A stretch of 62,907 bases of DNA, counting the filler, from Intoshia linei (taxonomy: Eukaryota > Animalia > Orthonectida), in assembly GCA_001642005.1 (NCBI GenBank). It is 5 parts of 5 records of this genome, joined end to end, with 100 filler letters (N's around TTAATTAATTAA, not from the genome) between each part and the next. Parts side by side here need not be neighbours in the genome. Positions count along the whole stretch, not along the records: positions 28,132 to 49,630 come from LWCA01000642.1; 4 more parts are not named here. One strand, 5' to 3'. The notes beneath the pieces are model-generated. The model searched no databases and was not told the DNA's origin. It saw only the letters and a list, made by a program, of their open reading frames with translations. This document shows positions 28,814-41,900 of the stretch, one piece after another. The stretch's first letter is position 1. Each line of letters begins with the position of its first letter. Both the position numbers and the translations under genes were made by a program.

Positions 28814-30576
28814 TTACGACAACTGAAACATAGTAGACTCTAATTTAGGTCTATAATAACTAGAAAATTTGTTGTGTGATTCTACTTTCCATAGTCCGTA
28901 ATTTTCTCCAGGATTATTTTGCCATAATTTAACCATTCCGTCATTACTACCACTAGCAATTACGTGACCTAATAATTATAATCAAAAATACATTATTTTA
29001 TGCATATCACGTATACATTTTTAACCTTCTTAAAGTTACTATAATATGTTCCAAATCAAATTGTACTGATCACAATGATACGATTAAATACTTACTTTGA
29101 AAAAATAGGATCAAACGGCATATTTCTAGTTCATTATTTAAATGAGTGGTTCCCGTTTGGGGTCCCTAGACATGTATGATTCAAATAAAATATAAAAAAA
29201 ATTTACTTAAACCACAAAATAAAAAATCATAATGCTGGTAATTTTATGCTGATTAACATATTAAAATTAATTTTTGGCCTCCTTAATTATAATGTTACCT
29301 TGGTGAGAATGATATGATCAAATAAAAATAATAATTATCATTACTTTGGATTTATGTTAAATTTTAACTATTATATATAATAATGTATTATTATTATATT
29401 TACAATAATATTATCATATTGAAAGTGAAATAGTGTAGTTTTCAATGAATGCTTACACGCTTGTATTGCAGATGAATTGCAATAATCACAAAAGTAAATA
29501 ATTGACGTCATGTCACTTGGCCCAAGTGAATACATAGTTACAATTATTAGCTTAATACATTTCAATAAATAAATCACATTAGTGAGGAATTAACATTTAA
29601 AACGAGTGAAAACAAAACAAACCATCTGGAGAAAATTCACAGCACGTGACTTCGGTAGTATGCCCCATAATACATTCAATACGACCTTCCTGTTTTAAAA
29701 ATATCTTGTAAAGATTTTTAAGATCTGTGCCACAAATGAGATACTCGGCTTGAGAATCAATACATATGCAATTTATATTTGGACTTAAATGTCCACTTGA
29801 ACTTGGAACGGAATATGAAGAAATTTTTTTCATACCCTTCAGATTTAATAATTCTACATCACAATTATTTAGAGTGGCCATAATATTTTTATCCAAATTG
29901 TAAGCAATTTTACAAGACGTTTGATACTTCCAACATTCAATTTCCTTCATGGTTTTCAAACTCCAAATGCGAACAGTCTCATTTGAACAAGAAAACAACA
30001 AGTCGACACAAGATGAATCTGGTGTAAGATTGTTATAATTTGATATCCATTTCACATTATTGACGTAATCTTTGTGGTCAAAGGTTTTAATAGTTTTACC
30101 AGATTTTGAGTCATAGATGTAAATGCATTCATTTTTTGCTGAGGCTGCGACAATATCGTTTTTAACATCACATACATTAAAATAACTCTAAATTATGTGT
30201 ACATTTCATGTTTAATTTAATTTTTAATATACTTTTTTGCATTTTAATGTGTTTGACAATTTAAATGATTTGTTATCATAAATTTTCAAGGTACTGTCGC
30301 CATCGCATACATACACGTAACGGCCACTTTTGTTTAACTTTGCAGACCATACAGGATATTTATTGACATAACTATGTATCCAGTCTCCAGTTTTTCCATT
30401 TCGCAGAAATGTTCTGATTAGATTAAATTACACTTTATATTGTAAACTACAAACCTTCCATCCATCGACGAAGAAACCATCAGAGGATTTACTTTATCTC
30501 CATTAAAACTAATGTCGGTTACACTTTTTATATGACCGCTGCAATTTACAGGCAAATAAAAATCAGAAAAAAACAT
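28814..30576 (-). CDS. STRAP: STRAP/UNRIP-like WD40 protein, divergent
   Basis: PVNCSGHIKSVTDISF..SSSMDG..LRNGKTGDWI..VWSAKLNK and C-terminal FSPDG..IASGSNDGMVKLWQNNPGENYGLWK match STRAP PLTCSGH..LRQGDTGDWIG..ASGSEDGTLRLWQ...GKTYGLWK. Confidence 0.78.
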
Positions 30577-30664
30577 AATTATAATTAACGCACAATACAA
30601 AGTAATTTGGATACATCAAAACAATCGAATCAGATTGAATCATTTATTTACACATGTTTATATT

Positions 30665-33600
30665 TTATAAAAAGTATTCAGCCTGTGGCTTTTTGGGTAA
30701 GACTGCTCGATTTTCCTAAAGTAATGAGTATAATGAATTGAAATAAAATTACTTGAGGTGCAGCTTCGAAAACTGAAAAATCTTGTTTTAAATTATCATC
30801 AAGTTTCAAAATGGCGGCAACGTTTCCACATCTAAATTATATTGATTTAAGTAAAACATGCCTTACCGATAACAATAATTTGGTGCAGACCAGACAGTCA
30901 AAACCTTATTGGCGAAGTTCCATTTGTAACCTTCCATTACCAACTGATGAGCTCTAACGATTAGTTCAGTATTATTAGTTTCATTAAATTCAGTAGCTAC
31001 GTCACTACCAAAAAGATAACCAGCTCCACGTGGACTCACACCCCAACCATTCTGAATATCTAATGGGAATGATTTCGAACAATGTTTAAATTACCTTCAG
31101 GATCTGACCACAATAAATCGCACATTGGTCCATCGTGTGGTACTTCCTAAAAATTAAGATGAAGTGGTATATTTTTCAAGTAGTTCTAGGTTAACAGGAT
31201 ATTTTAGATCGTTAGGTATATTTTTACCAAACCATGAAAAAAAACTTAAGTTTTTTTTGACAATACCAAAAGTGTATATTTGAATGTAAAATACAAAAAT
31301 ATTTAAAATCATCAATAGAGACAGGTAAAAACGATATGATTTTGGAAAATATTTATATTATACCTGTTTACGATCTAATGCACGAATTTGGTCTAGAGTT
31401 TGGATTGAAGGAGATAAACCGCCATGTACACAAAAAATCTAAAACGATATGATAATTAAATAACACCATACTTAAACGTAGATACATTCATTCAACATAT
31501 TTCTTGACAGAGTAATACACATCCTTACTTATATAATATTCTACGAAATATTTGTTTGTGTGTCACTTTATTTCAATAACTGATAGTCTTAGAATTTTAT
31601 AAAGTTCACATTTCAATTAAATTTTTTTCCGGAGATATAATAAGATGAATTTCAACCTTCCAAACTCACATTTTACGGGTCAAAAACGCCAATTGTTTTG
31701 TTTTGTTTGCCTAAAATTTGAAAAAATTACAGGTGGTACAGTTGTTTCCTGTTAACACACACAAAAAATTCAATCCGAATAAGTGACGACTTCACGGTCA
31801 AAAAAGCAATTTATTATTCATATATTTTTTTTAGAGCAGAGTTAGGTGCTGTGATGTGCGCAGTACATAACAGTCAACCTATTACAATATAATAATAAAC
31901 AAAAATTTAAAAAAAATTTTTTAAATATTTTAAGTGGCGGTACACCATTATATAACAGGCGCCATAGTTACAAAATCAGTGAATATTAGTTCAGGGTTTC
32001 TTAACCATTTTTAAATTAGCACCGACCACCCAATCAATTATTTCTAGCGTTGATATCATAAAATTTCGTAAAAATCGTATTTTATTGACATTTTTTAAAA
32101 ACCACCCTAGCAATATCGATAAATAGTATCAAGGAACATAGAAGCTGTATTTGATCGTTAAAGTAAAAAATTAATTATATATATATAAAACAATTAATTT
32201 TATTTTTTAGTCAAAATTTAAAAAATAAAAATATCTTTTCTAGCACCCGAATAAAGAAATTCTGCGCTAGATAATGACATACTTACGCGATTATCAATTT
32301 TGGCTGATAAACTGAGGTAATCGAAAACGTCTGTACAAGCTCTCCATACATTGATAGAACCGTATTTTCGTATACATTCGTCATAAAATCCGTAAACTTG
32401 AGTAATTTGTCTACTTTCGTGATTTCCTCTTATTAACGTGATTCTATCAGGATATCTAACCTAAAAAAATAATAAACAATTACATTCTAATCCTTTATTT
32501 ATATAACATTTAAAATAAACATGGAAATAAAAATTTTTTCGGAACAAACATTTTATTGTGATGTAGGGCAAAGCTTAAAATCAAAAAGGGTCCACATGCA
32601 ATATTGGTATTTCTAATAAAAATAAGGGGACACCCTAACCAATAAATATTAACTGGTAGAAATCTTTAAATTCATTTGACAGTACAAATATTTTTCCCAG
32701 TATAATAGCTGTCGCGCATTGTTAACTCACAAAAGACAAATTTGTAACTAAAAAAAAAATTAGTAGTAAACGTAAATTTTTCGTTTACGGTAGGTAAAAC
32801 ATAGTAAAACCATACTATGCAAATGAAACTACATTTTTAATACTTATTTAACAATATATTTACATTTTTAACATAACAACGAAAATTATTAACTTTTCTA
32901 TAATGGAAATTGTTGTAACAACTCAATATTACTGTCCACTGTAGACAGGTTTTACTGTACATTAATAGTATTAATAGCAGAAACTAAAATCAATCTATAT
33001 ACAACTTTTCAAACGTTCATAACATACACTAAAAAAGTAATATCGGTTTCCTCATCCTATTTTCAATTGGTATTAATATTATCAACCGTATAGCCCCCAC
33101 CAAACAAATTAAAAATGATGGAAACCGCAGTGAACAATTCATATGAATAAAAAAAAATAATACTTTTAAAGCTAATAATAGTAGAAAAGTTTCAACACTA
33201 TAATATCCTCTATCCACAAAATCGCCCAAAAATAGATATTTGTTATCTGGAATGTTGCCACCAACACCAAAAAGTTCTAATAAATCGTAAAATTGTCCGT
33301 GAATATCACCGCAAACCTATAATTACAACATACAGTCTAACCTCTATGTACAACAATAATAAACGCAAAATGTAAAATTTTTGGAGGATTAATAATTTAA
33401 AATTTTGGTGATTTAATTTACATTTTTAGAAATTGTGTAGAATCTTAAAATATATTTGAAAATCATTATAATTAAGTTTATTTACATTAATTTATGTTTT
33501 TAAAAATTATAGAACTTTTTTATACAAAAGTCAAATAGTATATTTTTATTTTTTTTTATTCATTATTTAAAAACTTCTAAAAGTAATGAATGTATAAAAA

Positions 33601-34208
33601 ATTTATTATATATTTCAATTTTGACTAAAATTCGTTCATTATATAGAGGTTAGACTACAATAAAATACATTAAAAATAAATGATAATAGTAATAAAATAA
33701 TATAATACGTATTACATACAATCTCATACCATACGTTTTATGTTTATTCTCTAGAATTTACCAAATATTAGGTCATTACCGTGCATAAACATGTGAAAAA
33801 CCAAAAAAATTAGTGTAGCTAATAAAAAACAGAAAGAAGTAAAATTTTTTCAAAAAACACAACACAATTATAATCAATTCAGTATAACATTTTGACTTAA
33901 ATGAACATTATAAACAAAATTTTGAAAATTAAAAACAGACATCTACTCTAATTATCACTCAAAACATGATTAAATTTAAATCGACTCTAAAAACGAAAAA
34001 ACTTACAATAACGGGTCCAGAAATATCTTGCACATTACTTTCTTCAATCAACAATTCCCTAGCCTTTTTACACAAAGTTTTAACTTCATTTTCAGTAATA
34101 GTTTCACATCGACGTAATTCTTCAATTTGACTAAAAAACAACGCTATAAAAACAAAAAAAATATGCAAATATAAAAAATTCCAAAATAAACCGATCCAAG
34201 TCGTTCAT
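30665..34208 (-). CDS. PPP4C: Serine/threonine-protein phosphatase 4 catalytic subunit
   Basis: [102 protein letters not shown]. Confidence 0.96.
31522..31882 (+). mobile_element. Short Helitron-like copy with both ends, in a PPP4C intron
   Basis: 5' A|TCCTTACTTATATAAT and 3' ..GTACATAACAGTCAACCTAT|T. Confidence 0.65.
33333..33657. mobile_element. pogo/Tigger-like MITE in a PPP4C intron
   Basis: TA|CAGTCTAACCTCTAT ... ATAGAGGTTAGACT inverted ends. Confidence 0.7.
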
Positions 34209-34922
34209 AAATGTTTAAAATGTAATATTTTTTTAATTAAAATTTAACCATAAAAATTTTAATAATTGAATAATTCGAACTTGTAATAAAATAAATTATT
34301 TATCAAAAATCACCAAAACGACATGATTTTGAAAGTGAAAAATGAATTAAGAAATATATAAATTTATGTTAATGACTATAATATAATTCATGTTCAATCA
34401 TTGATTCATTCATAAATGCATACATTTATATAATAAAAGATAAATTAAAAAATTCACTTAGACGACAGACAGTCTATGGATAATCCAAGTTCACAAAACA
34501 AATATAAATTAATTCTACAGATGAAAATTGACGCAGTTTAAATACAATGTGCGTGTTTCACACTAATCATTACGCACTTGTACTAAATTTAAATCTCCAA
34601 TAAATTAGATCAATTGAACGATTTACGAAAAAATTAGCACTAGTTTGAGAAACAATCCAAGAATAATTCCTCAATAAATATATCTTTAAAATAAATTAAA
34701 CTTATTTGAATACACGTGATTTTTATTGTCAAATTTGTGAAAAATATATTCTTGTAAACATACGATTTATCAAATTTACAAGGTAACAGACAGTATATTG
34801 TGTATCTACGTGGTATTCGAGCACACTGTGTGACCTTTGTATTTTCAAGTCTACTCTGCCATCATGACAGAAATTATCGATTGAATTTTATACATTTGCC
34901 GAGTATTTACACTTCATTTATA

Positions 34923-37900
34923 ATGCCATGTATGAAGCAAATTCCTAAAGAAGGGTATCAAAATAATTTACAAGGTTCTAGTTTTAAGGATTATACCAAT
35001 ATACCAAATTCTATGGAAAAATTAAATTCCATTTCACTTTCCAACATTAATCTTGATCAAATTAACAAGAAACTTTTTTTGTCTGAAATGAAGGAAAAGT
35101 GTAGCAAGTCTGATGTTATGAAAAGAAAATGTTTGAATCAAAAAACGTATACTGAAAACTCTAAAAAAATTACCCAGCGCCTTTTTTCGTGTGACGTCAA
35201 AGTTAAACCCAAAATAGAACAAGATAAATGTCAATATTCACTTAGGAGTAAACGTGTTAAATTTAGTGAAGCTTGTGTTAAGGTTGATGCTAAAATTGAC
35301 ATTAAAAATGATACCAAATTTAAAGTTAAAATTGATACCAAAGATTTATCACATGAACCTTATGTTAAAAAAATAAAACTTGAATCCACCTATTTACTTA
35401 ACAAAAAAATTATCAACACGTAATTGGTTTGTTTATTTAATTGATTTTGTTTTTTTAGCCAATTTAACAATGAAAAGTTACAATTCGCCAATATTTATCA
35501 GTATAGTTTCGCAAATTTATTTTTTTTATTTTGTCATTTTTAGTTTTTCCGTTTTTTAAACTCTATATTTTTAGACGAAATACATGGATTGATTTCAGAA
35601 TAATGGAAAGGACTTTTAATGTCAATTGCTTTTTGATTGATATGCATAGAAGTATATATCAAAACAAAATCAAAGAAACCTGTAACATCAAACAATTGTT
35701 ATCTCGTAGTGACGATATTCACTCAAATTTTTCTAGTATTTTTTATTTTTACTCCAACATTTGAAAAATATTGGCTGATAATATATTAAAAATTATTTTT
35801 CACTGGGAATGCGTAGATTACTGAGGTTGAAATTTTGTATTTGTATCAACTGGAGGAAGTTGTATCAGAATAATATATTTTTTGATTATTGGACCGTTTA
35901 TTATTTTAAATTTTTTGTTTTAATAAAATAGTTTCGAAATGAAAAAAATGAATATTAAAATGCTTTTTTGACCATGAAATTGACTTAATCAGATTGAATT
36001 TTTTGTGTGTGTTAACTAGATATAACTGTATCATCTGTAATTTTTTTGAAAATATATGGCTGTTTTTATTTTTTAAGAAAAGGGTAATCTATATATGTGT
36101 ATGATATCATATCTAACATGACTTATTGCCATGCATCGATTGACCAACTACAGTGATCGGATCAGAAGCTTAAACGGTTAGAAATTTTTTTCACAGAATG
36201 CCTGGGTCTTTGGCTAACTGCATAACATTTTATTTCGTTTTCTATCAGCTTCCTACGAACTGTGATGTTGCTTGCATCTATGGTCCATTGAGTTTTTCAT
36301 TGGGATAAACTCATTTGAGGTTGAATTTGGTGTAATCTAATAAGATTTTTGTCGTCGCAGATATCAGATAACCTTCTTCGACCAGTTCTCCCACTTATTT
36401 AATTACTTCTATTTTTCCGGATCCGTTTCAGGGTTTTAGAAATGGTTATTTAGGACCGATCCACTTGTTTGCCAATTTCACGCAATGATTTTCCTTCGTA
36501 TAATTTTAATATTAAAATTTGATGATTTAATTCGGTTTTGAAAAGAATCAGATGAAATCTATAAATTTAATTATGAATTATTTCAAATTTATGATGGCGT
36601 TGACGTACTTTTGAATCGTTCATTTGTCAAAATTGAATATAATTGTATTTTGTGTTTATTCCAATTAATTTAAAAATAAAGCAAAAACTGAATTTATTTT
36701 TTTATTATCTCAACCATATCTATAACTATAATGCCATAATTAAAATCAAAATTATAATTACATTTACTAATAAATTGAAAAACATGTAAAATATTTTAAA
36801 ATATTAGTGTTGACCTAATTTTTAATGTAACTGTATATTTTAACATGCTACATTTTTCAGTATTGCACCGTGTTATATATAAATATATTTAAATAATAAT
36901 TGCAATATTTAGATTTAAGTGACTATGACGCATTTCCCACACCACCAATTACTCCAGATACTGGTACATCTACGGAAAAATCTTTAAACAATATCAACCT
37001 GACTGAAACTTGCAGTAGATGTAAACCTTATACTGCCAAAAATGTAAAAAAAACTCAATTGTGTTTTTCGGAGGACAATTTTAAATACGAATTAAACGAA
37101 CAAGTTCCATTGTATTATAAAAATTTATCTTTCGCGTTACTTGTAAAGAGATTGAATAATTCATATTCCACCCGTAGAAATGGTTTTAAATATTTTTATA
37201 TTTGTGAAAAATATATTTAGAAAACATCTCTGATATTTTCAATACATTACTCACACAAATTAAACCTGCCCATGAAACCGTCGAAACCGATATCGAAATT
37301 TTAAAGAAACCAATCAAAACATTTATTTTCGAAAAGTGTGAAATGCCTTGTTTTGGTAATATTTACGTTATATTGTTCATTTGAATTTTTGGACATTGCC
37401 ATTAGACCAGAGTCGAACCTATCGTGTCCAAACTCTTTTCTGAGGTTACCACCGAAAATGTTAGTAACCATTAACGATTCACCATGATGATATATTACCA
37501 GATTTAAACGTTAACATTGGTGATGAAAGTGGTCGATATTATCTTACAAAGCAGTGGAGTATTCTCAGAGTAGAGCCTTGCAACGGTACGAACGAAAAAA
37601 AGATTTTTTGTATATGGACGCACGGGTTTATCAACTCAAGTTAAAAATTTAAATTTTGTTTATAATTTATTTAAAAATTTTTAATTATTTTTTGCATGGG
37701 CGTGATTGTTGTCTGTGTGTAATGGTAATATGTCGAAAATAGAGAAAATACTAGTCATACTCATGGATTACGATGTAGAGATCGTAAATAAATAAAAAAA
37801 TTGGGGCGAATAAGATTTGAAAAATGTCACTCCGTGCAGGGATATAGTTCAGTGACTTATATACATTTAATTTGATCTGATTTTATTTAATTATTTTATT

Positions 37901-38276
37901 TCAGATGTACCCAGTTTTTGCCCACCCAAAAAATTTGACCGTTCAAAACGCAAAGAAATTTCATTACCGAAATGGGAATTTATTAAAAAGTTTAACAATA
38001 TACAAAAAGACTGTCAAAAGGTAAAATGAATCAAAATTTTATTTCATAATTATTTAGTCAATTGTAAATACCATATCCGACAAAATTTATTCAGAATTAC
38101 ACCTAACTGGTGTAAAGAAAGAAAAGAAAATGTATCAATTTCATACCAACGTAAAGACACGTAGTTCGCAAGACCGAAGGAAAATTTTATATGATGAAGC
38201 TGTAAATCGAAATATGGACATTACATCAAAACTGGTAAAGACAAATTCAAGCGAAAAATTTGAATATTGGACTTGA
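34923..38276 (+). CDS. Basic low-complexity protein with a possible C-terminal PEHE (MSL1/KANSL1-like) domain
   Basis: Chain of exons separated by short GT-AG introns. C-terminal EISLPKWEF...TISDKIYSELH..VKKEKK loosely resembles PEHE (VP.WR...LSDE.F..RH...E..E). The gene is likely real; the family call is weak. Confidence 0.45.
36110..36560 (-). mobile_element. Tc1-like transposase N-terminal (HTH) remnant, intronic
   Basis: EGKSLREIGKQVDRS*ITISKTLKR..GRTGRRRLSD..ITVRRKL..W..DAWQ*VM with several stops. Confidence 0.8.
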
Positions 38277-38995
38277 TGTGTTTTTTAATTTAAAATAGTT
38301 CAACAATCTTGTGACATGTGAAAGTTTACATAAATGGATATTTAATTTAATTTTATAAATATATTTTTATATTTTGTATTCAAACTCTTCAAAATTTAAG
38401 TTCATCCAGCACGTTGAAAATTTGAAAAAGTTTTCAATTATTAAATATTAAATCTTGTGAGCTCTTGTTGTTTTAATTTAATTTTAATCCGTGTAAATTC
38501 GGCTTTAATCGATTAGTATAATTGGCTATTACGTAAACTGAACGAGCTTTAAGGACATGAAAATTGTTGCAACGACTCAAATTTTTTTGAATCCAATAGT
38601 TAACACTGTATTATTCAATAAAATATGATTGTATTCAAATCTTTTTTGTGGGTGTGTAAATTATAATTTCCCTGCGGATTATTTAAATTATCGAGATTAT
38701 TCAGAGCCAAAATTTTTAATCAATTTACATAAATTTACACTACTATTCCAATTTTAATTTGATAATGGCTTATAGCCTGTATTTAGAATTGCCATTTAAT
38801 GTATCACCGGTTCGTCTGTATTGACTCGATAATCAATTAAATGTACATTACAGTAAACATTGAATTATCCAGCATTCATGTTAATTGCTGCATTCAAAAC
38901 TTTTCCATTTTATTTTTGTTACATATTTATCGATATTGTTAAATTCTACTTGTCACATATATCGTTTTACCGTTACGTTTAACTTGATTTAAAAA

Positions 38996-41900
38996 ATGTT
39001 AAAGATTTATTTAAAATTGTTGTCCATTTGTCTTTTTATAAACCTTTTAACTTTAATTAAATTGGAACACATTATTCTCAATTCAGCAATAGGTACAATT
39101 CTAGAATTGTTTTGTGATTGAAATTTTAATTCAGCATTAAATTTTTAGATAAATTGTATCAAATTTGTGAAAATAATATAATCACCATAAATTGCAAAGG
39201 ATATGAAAATTATTCAACATCAAATGATTTAATTTTGATTACAATTGCTAAATACGGAAGAATGAGTTTAAATTCGTGTATTCGTCGTAATTACGGATAT
39301 ATCGGATGCCAAAAATCAGTTATTCATGTTTTACATGAAATTTGTTCCGGAAAATCTCACTGCACGTTTAATGTTCCAAATTCCCAACTTGATAATAGTG
39401 ACGTTTGCCCTCATGATTTGAAATCTTTTCTCCAATTTTCGTATAGATGTATTAAAGGTAATTTTTATAATGTTTGTTATCATGTGGTTTAGCTCCTTCC
39501 GTTTGTTCAACTCGAAATATTGTTGGTAAATTGAATGCAACCTCTGTACAAAAATATCTTACAAATTTTAAATACATAAACTCCAAAATACAAACATGTT
39601 CATCGAATCATATTAAGAAAGTCAAATATAAAACCAACAAACTGAACGTCTTTTCAATCAATTATTATCAATTTGAACAGTATACTATTGTCGCTAAAAG
39701 TGAACTTCGGATCAATGTTACTATTTACGATTTAGGGTTTTATAAATCTCATTCTAAGAATGCTGTTTACACGAGCTGTGTCTGGAATTTAACCATTTCT
39801 GAAAATTATTATGGGGATTTAGATAAATCTGTTTATCCTTCAAGTAAAATTATGTACATTAATATCAATTATGGAAGTATTCATTGACATTGTAAATACT
39901 TTTATTGTTTTTGAATGTTATACTCTGTAATGATTCGTTACATCTAGATTTTCCAATATATATAATTATGATGTATCATTATTAATATTGTAATATTATT
40001 TAATGTTAATCTCTTTTTTTAGACTATTTTGTATATAACCAATCGTCTTGCCTTAAAACCCCAACAATCAACTATATATCAACTAGTAATATCTTGAACA
40101 TTTTCTTTCATATTTTTTCGAAAAATAGACGCTACGTCATTTCTTATCAAGGTAATTACGATTGATAGAAATAAACCACATTAATACTTAAACTTTGCCA
40201 TTTTGGATAATACACCAAAGTCATAACTGTATGTCATATCTATTATGTTTGACTTTTGGAATAGGTCATGTTTGTAGAATATGTAATAGAGAATATGTGT
40301 TGCATCAAAACAAGACAATTGTGGAGTTAAACGTTATTTAATTTGGTGTAAACGACTAATTTTATTTTTTAACTTTTTACAAGTTAATACACTAATGTAG
40401 TGCAAAATTTGATTAAGATTGCTTTAAATATTACGTCAATTATGCACGTGCATTAGGGTGTTACACTCATCAAAGAATTAAGGGCGATTAGTGCGGAAAT
40501 GGTGTATTATCATGATATATAAAATAATCTAGAATGGGGTGTTGCAAAGATGCCGATTCGAGTTGCGCTCATCATTTTAACCTTTATCCTGCCTTTAATG
40601 GTATTTTGAAAACGTCTATAAACATTATTGCATAAATAACCGAAATTTGAACGTCGATAAAAACCACAAAAATCGAAATAGAATTAAATTTTAAAAACTG
40701 AAATGTATAGTTAAGCGTGGATGATGAGCGCAACTCGGATAAGTATCATTAGATATTTTTAATTGCGACAGTGTTTCTATTTTAAAAATACACACATTGA
40801 TTACTAATCGCCCATTAAATTCTAAAAATTTAAAAAAAATGTGACACCCTAACATGCATATTCAACTAATATTAAAATTATTACTATATTTTTATTAATG
40901 TTTAATTACACATGATATAGCCATTGGATGTGAAAATAGTAAAATAGCTGGTGAACATTTATGGATTCAACGATTCGATAATATTGCTCTATTAAGTATT
41001 CCTTACTGATATAAAATGCTTTGTTTGTGTGTGTTATCGTTTATTTCAATAACAACGAGTCTTAGAATTTTACAAAGTTACCATTTCTAATACAGTTTTT
41101 TCCGGAGGCGAAAGTAAGATAAATTTTAACCTCCGAAACTCACATCTTACGAGTCAAAAACTCAAATAATCCTTTTTTTGAAAATCAAACGAGTTTGAAA
41201 ATTTAAAAAAATATACACTCTGATAAGGATTTTAAAATCATAAGTATTATCATAAATTTAAATTTAAAAGAAATATATCTTCAGGTCCAAAACTTTAAAT
41301 TACCCTTTTGTTTTTAATGAAAACAGACCTAGAATTTAAAAAATATTACAGGTGATACAGTTGTATCCTGTCAACACACACAAAAAATTTCAATTTGAAT
41401 AAGTCGCCTTCACGGTCAAAAAAGCACTTTAGTATTCATATATTTTTTTTCGGAAATATTTTATTAAAAATAAAATTTGAAATAATTAACGGTTCATCAA
41501 TTAAAAAAAAAAATTATTGAGATAGAGCTTATTCCATTTGATATAAATACAAAATTTCAACATTAGAATTCTACGCATTCTCGGTGAAAAATAATTTTAA
41601 ATATATTATCAACCAATATTTTTCAAATATTTCGATTAAAATAAAAATTGAAAAATGCAAATTGATCCTACAATTTTATAAAAAAATGTGCATTGAACGT
41701 CTACACATTTCCAATAAAAAAATATGGGTGAAAATCTATATAATTCATTCCTTCGCAATTTTTAAATTTCAATATCTCATTTTCAAAACATTTTGTTTAA
41801 AATTCAAATTAAAACTACGAATTACTAAACAAATACAACTTTGTATTATATTATTATATTTATTACAATTGAATATATTCCTCCGCTTCCCCTGATTCGC

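Noticed and set aside
41584-41895. 103-aa ORF, and similar ORFs at 5380, 15118, 16109, 11939 and 56858
   Set aside because: Chance ORFs in AT-rich repeats or introns, with no motifs.
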